Shown: positions 29,822 through 32,000 of the stretch, piece after piece
How positions within the stretch are numbered: the stretch's first letter is position 1
How the letters are laid out: every line of letters begins with the position of its first letter
NCBI GenBank assembly: GCA_031963245.1
Contig: JASSUC010000016.1
Span: forward strand, 15,800 to 47,799
Direction of reading: 5' to 3'
Source: Mycoavidus cysteinexigens
Lineage (GTDB): Bacteria; Pseudomonadota; Gammaproteobacteria; Burkholderiales; Burkholderiaceae
DNA: 32,000 nucleotides
Made by a program: the position numbers and the translations under genes
Notes under the pieces: generated by a model
The model's database searches: none
The model's input: the letters and a program-made list of their open reading frames with translations, nothing else
What the model was told of the DNA's origin: nothing

Positions 29822-30571
29822 TCACTTATATAGCCAATAGGAAATTCCGGCCAGCTGAGCGCCACTGGCAATATAAAGGCTCATTGCACTCAGGTTGCTG
29901 GTTTGAGTTGCCACGCTTAACTGCTTGACATTGCGCGCCGCACACCAGTGCCGCGCAGCCTTGATTAATACTTTACCTAAGCCGCGGCCAGTCAAATCGC
30001 GGCGGACGGCTAGCAAGCCAATACGAGCTGCATCGGGCGTCAACTTGCGCACCGTGACAAAACCATGAATGCCGCTGGTATCTTCAATCACCAGGCAGGC
30101 ATGATCGAAAAGACCACGCACCGCATTTTCTGCCCAGACTTGGTAGAAGCGATCACGCTCCTCCTCCGTGTACCAAGGCGCACGAAAGCGGCTAGCAGCA
30201 AATAGCCCTTTGGCGACGGCACGTATAGCCAAGATATCCGGTTCAGAGGCAATCCGATAATTTTGCGTATCGGCTAATGCGTTAATCGGTAAGCTGAAAT
30301 CAGCCTCACCTTCGATAAATTGGAAGCCAAGCTTAACCAGCTGATCCAATAAGTCAAGTCGATTAGCTGGAATCTTGCTTTGTATAATATCGAAGTCTGT
30401 CAACACAATTTGCGCTAGCGACGTGCCTTGACGATCAAAAACCAACCTAGCGCACTTGCAAGCGAAAAATTCACTCTCCCATGCGAGCGGCTCAAGTTCG
30501 GCGCGCAATGGGTGCTCTTGATTACATGGTGCAGGTGCGCGTTGTGGTTCAATGATGCGATCTGATTGCAC
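29822..30571 (-). CDS. wecD: dTDP-fucosamine (dTDP-4-amino-4,6-dideoxygalactose) N-acetyltransferase, GNAT family
   Basis: 249 aa from a GTG at 30571 with a GGGGAG Shine-Dalgarno 8 nt upstream. It is collinear with recalled E. coli WecD/RffC (LEPLAWESEFF; LGFQFIEGEADFSLP; SRFRAPWYTEEERDRFYQVWAENAVRGLFDHACLV; ARIGLLAV; VATQTSNLSAMSLYIASGA....YWLYK). The N-terminus is about 20 aa longer than in E. coli, so the start is uncertain. Confidence 0.88.
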   Translation of the reverse strand: MQSDRIIEPQRAPAPCNQEHPLRAELEPLAWESEFFACKCARLVFDRQGTSLAQIVLTDFDIIQSKIPANRLDLLDQLVKLGFQFIEGEADFSLPINALADTQNYRIASEPDILAIRAVAKGLFAASRFRAPWYTEEERDRFYQVWAENAVRGLFDHACLVIEDTSGIHGFVTVRKLTPDAARIGLLAVRRDLTGRGLGKVLIKAARHWCAARNVKQLSVATQTSNLSAMSLYIASGAQLAGISYWLYK

Positions 30572-30722
30572 TGCAACGCTCCCCTGTTTAGAATTTTTTA
30601 CCCGTTCTCTACCAACGTTAGCGCATAGCTAGCATTCGTTCAAAGGCCCCCTCGACTCCGAGAGGCTTTATTCTAGCGCAAAATTATCTGAGAAGATTAC
30701 CGGGAGGCACTAAAAGAAATAA

Positions 30723-30748
30723 CGGCATATCTTTTAAAGAATATGCCG
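30723..30748 (-). terminator. Probable Rho-independent terminator of the ankyrin gene
   Basis: The stem cggcatat (30723..30730) / atatgccg (30741..30748) lies 53 nt downstream of the ank stop. On the minus strand it is followed by TTATTTCTTTTAGT. Confidence 0.5.
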
Positions 30749-30800
30749 CCCTATATTTTACAGAAACCATATTTTAATTTTAAAGTCTACTGCAATTTCC

Positions 30801-31385
30801 TTATCTGTCGAATCCCTCATCAACAATTCTGCTGAGCTCTGGCAATTCACATTCATATGCAATATCGACTATAGAATTTCCCTCTCTATCTTGTCTATAG
30901 AGAATGTCAGTTTTGCCATCATCAATAGCCTTGTTAACTAAAAATTCGGCTATCTTATAATGGTTGGGTTTGTAATTTTCACTATATGATTGGATCTGTT
31001 CGGAATAATTCTCACCGTGTAACATTTGACATGCAATATGTAACGCCGTCAACGAACTCATATCCTGCTCACCTGTTGGGAATTGATACTCATTACATAA
31101 AACTTTAACTGCTTCAAGTTCGCCCGCCTGAACTGCTTTATGGAGAACATTACTTGCACGGTCGTCAACGTTGGCTCGATTGCCTGGTACTCGTTGCAGG
31201 GCACTCCCTCTCGCCGAGATTCCTTGCCTCCATTCTAATATAGAGCGGTCCGATTCGAGAATATCTCTAATCAAATCAACATTACCATTATCAATTGCAC
31301 TTAATAGATCGTTAATCGCGTTATACTGCACTTGATGAAAACTAGCAGACTGGACTGAAGAGTGATTAATTCCGTGGATTGGCAT
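30801..31385 (-). CDS. Ankyrin-repeat protein (eukaryote-like domain; candidate secreted effector)
   Basis: 194 aa with an AAGGAG Shine-Dalgarno 8 nt upstream of the ATG. ANK-like helix-turn-helix repeats are present (LLSAIDNGNVDLIRDILE; NVLHKAVQAGELEAVKVLCNE; TALHIACQML; IAEFLVNKAIDDG). It has a Ser-rich polar N-terminus (MPIHGINHSSVQSASFHQVQ) and no signal peptide. It is visibly more AT-rich than its neighbours. Confidence 0.7.
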   Translation of the reverse strand: MPIHGINHSSVQSASFHQVQYNAINDLLSAIDNGNVDLIRDILESDRSILEWRQGISARGSALQRVPGNRANVDDRASNVLHKAVQAGELEAVKVLCNEYQFPTGEQDMSSLTALHIACQMLHGENYSEQIQSYSENYKPNHYKIAEFLVNKAIDDGKTDILYRQDREGNSIVDIAYECELPELSRIVDEGFDR

Positions 31386-31751
31386 ATGCTTAGCTCCTTT
31401 AAGATAATTCTAGGCAAAAAAATAAAAACCTTTTATCATTTATAAGTACAGAAATTTTTAATAATAGGCTTCTTCAAAGGCTCACGTTGTGGACCTGTCT
31501 AGAAATATAGCTTACGATAAGTATAAAAACAAGGGATGCGTATTTTAGTGTGGGGCGCAAATGAATTGTCCGATATTTAGCACATCAATTGTCCAGTTTT
31601 TGGGTGGCGTATGGCCCCCGAAGCCGGGTATATTGGCTGCAGGAAATCCGGAAAATGAGATTTTGAAAGACCTACACAGAGTGGCAGCACAAACGCGTTA
31701 CGCAGGCAGAAGCAGCGTAGATATTACGGATACGCGAGCACACACTGTAGT

Positions 31752-32000
31752 CTACTTAGACTGCCGATACTTATCCTGCCCCTTTGTGTAGAGGAAAAAT
31801 ACATATACACACAAAGCAAAATAAATCACATAAGTCGCCGCATAAGCTTGCACCGAGCCAAGCGCACCACTTGCCGGAATCAACCAAAACGAAAATAAAG
31901 TCAGTAAACTGAACTGAATAATTTCTGCTAACACATAAAAACGTAGCGAGGCTTTAGCAATGATCAGGTAACCAAACACATAGGCACTGACTTTGAACAC
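31752..32000 (-). CDS. Second WzxE-like flippase paralog, C-terminal 82 codons only (continues beyond the right window edge)
   Basis: (V)FKVSAYVFGYLIIAKASLRFYVLAEIIQFSLLTLFSFWLIPASGALGSVQAYAATYVIYFALCVYVFFLY aligns residue-for-residue with the wzxE C-terminus at 21053..21300 (VFKVGAYVFGYLIIVKASLRFYVLAETLQFSLLLLFSHWLIPIGGALGTVQAYAATYAVYFALCVYLFFIY). The nucleotide sequences are also clearly alignable. The initial M in the track is a window-edge artefact (a GTG codon for the conserved Val). Confidence 0.85.
   Translation of the reverse strand: MFKVSAYVFGYLIIAKASLRFYVLAEIIQFSLLTLFSFWLIPASGALGSVQAYAATYVIYFALCVYVFFLYTKGQDKYRQSK

Noticed and set aside
22316-30800. Search for the ops/JUMPStart antitermination element (GGCGGTAG) upstream of the polysaccharide transcription units.
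   Set aside because: I did not find it by eye on either strand in the intergenic regions 22316..22583, 23715..23804, 27254..27425 and 30572..30800. A pattern search should confirm.
31560-31751. Possible degraded wecF remnant after the wzx paralog stop. The sequence GTA TCC GTA ATA (V-S-V-I) about 15 nt downstream of the stop recalls the wecF start GTG TCT GTC ATC, and there are scattered 6-12-mer matches such as gtttttgggtgg.
   Set aside because: The matches are short, need several indels, and one lies in the opposite orientation. They are at a level expected by chance for a comparison of this size. A Smith-Waterman or tblastx alignment of 31386..31751 against wecF would decide.
31561-31791. 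76-aa plus-strand ORF in the spacer upstream of the ank gene.
   Set aside because: It has no Shine-Dalgarno, overlaps the 3' end of the wzx paralog on the other strand, and has no recognisable features. Without expression data it cannot be excluded as a small gene.
1-32000. CRISPR arrays, IS elements or transposases, integrases, phage genes, toxin-antitoxin or other defence-system genes, and rRNA.
   Set aside because: There is no periodic repeat-spacer structure and no ORF with transposase, integrase or nuclease-like motifs. All large ORFs are accounted for by respiration, efflux, Bam and polysaccharide functions plus the ankyrin gene.

Overview
The window comes from a roughly 50% G+C proteobacterial chromosome whose core genes look betaproteobacterial and Burkholderiaceae-like. 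All homology statements rest on my own reading of the translations and on E. coli and Burkholderia sequences recalled from memory; no searches were run. The left 8.8 kb is the minus-strand NADH dehydrogenase I operon, nuoA to nuoI. nuoC and nuoD are separate genes. nuoI is cut by the left edge and is missing from the supplied ORF track. A tRNA-Leu(GAG) lies just upstream of nuoA. Next come a BamC-like lipoprotein and a plus-strand mdtABC/muxABC-type RND efflux operon with no outer-membrane factor or regulator genes. From 17.9 kb to the right edge the window is an accessory surface-polysaccharide region. It holds intact homologues of nearly all enterobacterial common antigen (ECA) genes: wecG, wzyE, wecF, wzxE, wecB, wecC, wecE, wecD, plus a divergent WecA/MraY-family initiating transferase. 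These are split into three E. coli-syntenic blocks on both strands, with no wzzE, rffG or rffH in the window. A 703-aa Tat-signal right-handed beta-helix protein, a candidate periplasmic glycanase, sits inside the cluster. The cluster is followed by an AT-rich islet encoding an ankyrin-repeat protein and by the 3' end of a second wzxE-like paralog. The main lead is an ECA-type locus with an embedded Tat beta-helix gene and an adjacent eukaryote-like ankyrin gene in a non-enterobacterial background. Secondary observations are short tandem duplications spanning the stop codons of two genes, direct repeats upstream of mdtA, a terminator-like palindrome in the wzxE/wecB divergent region, and G/C homopolymer runs of 8-9 nt inside coding genes. 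I saw no CRISPR array, IS element, integrase or rRNA.
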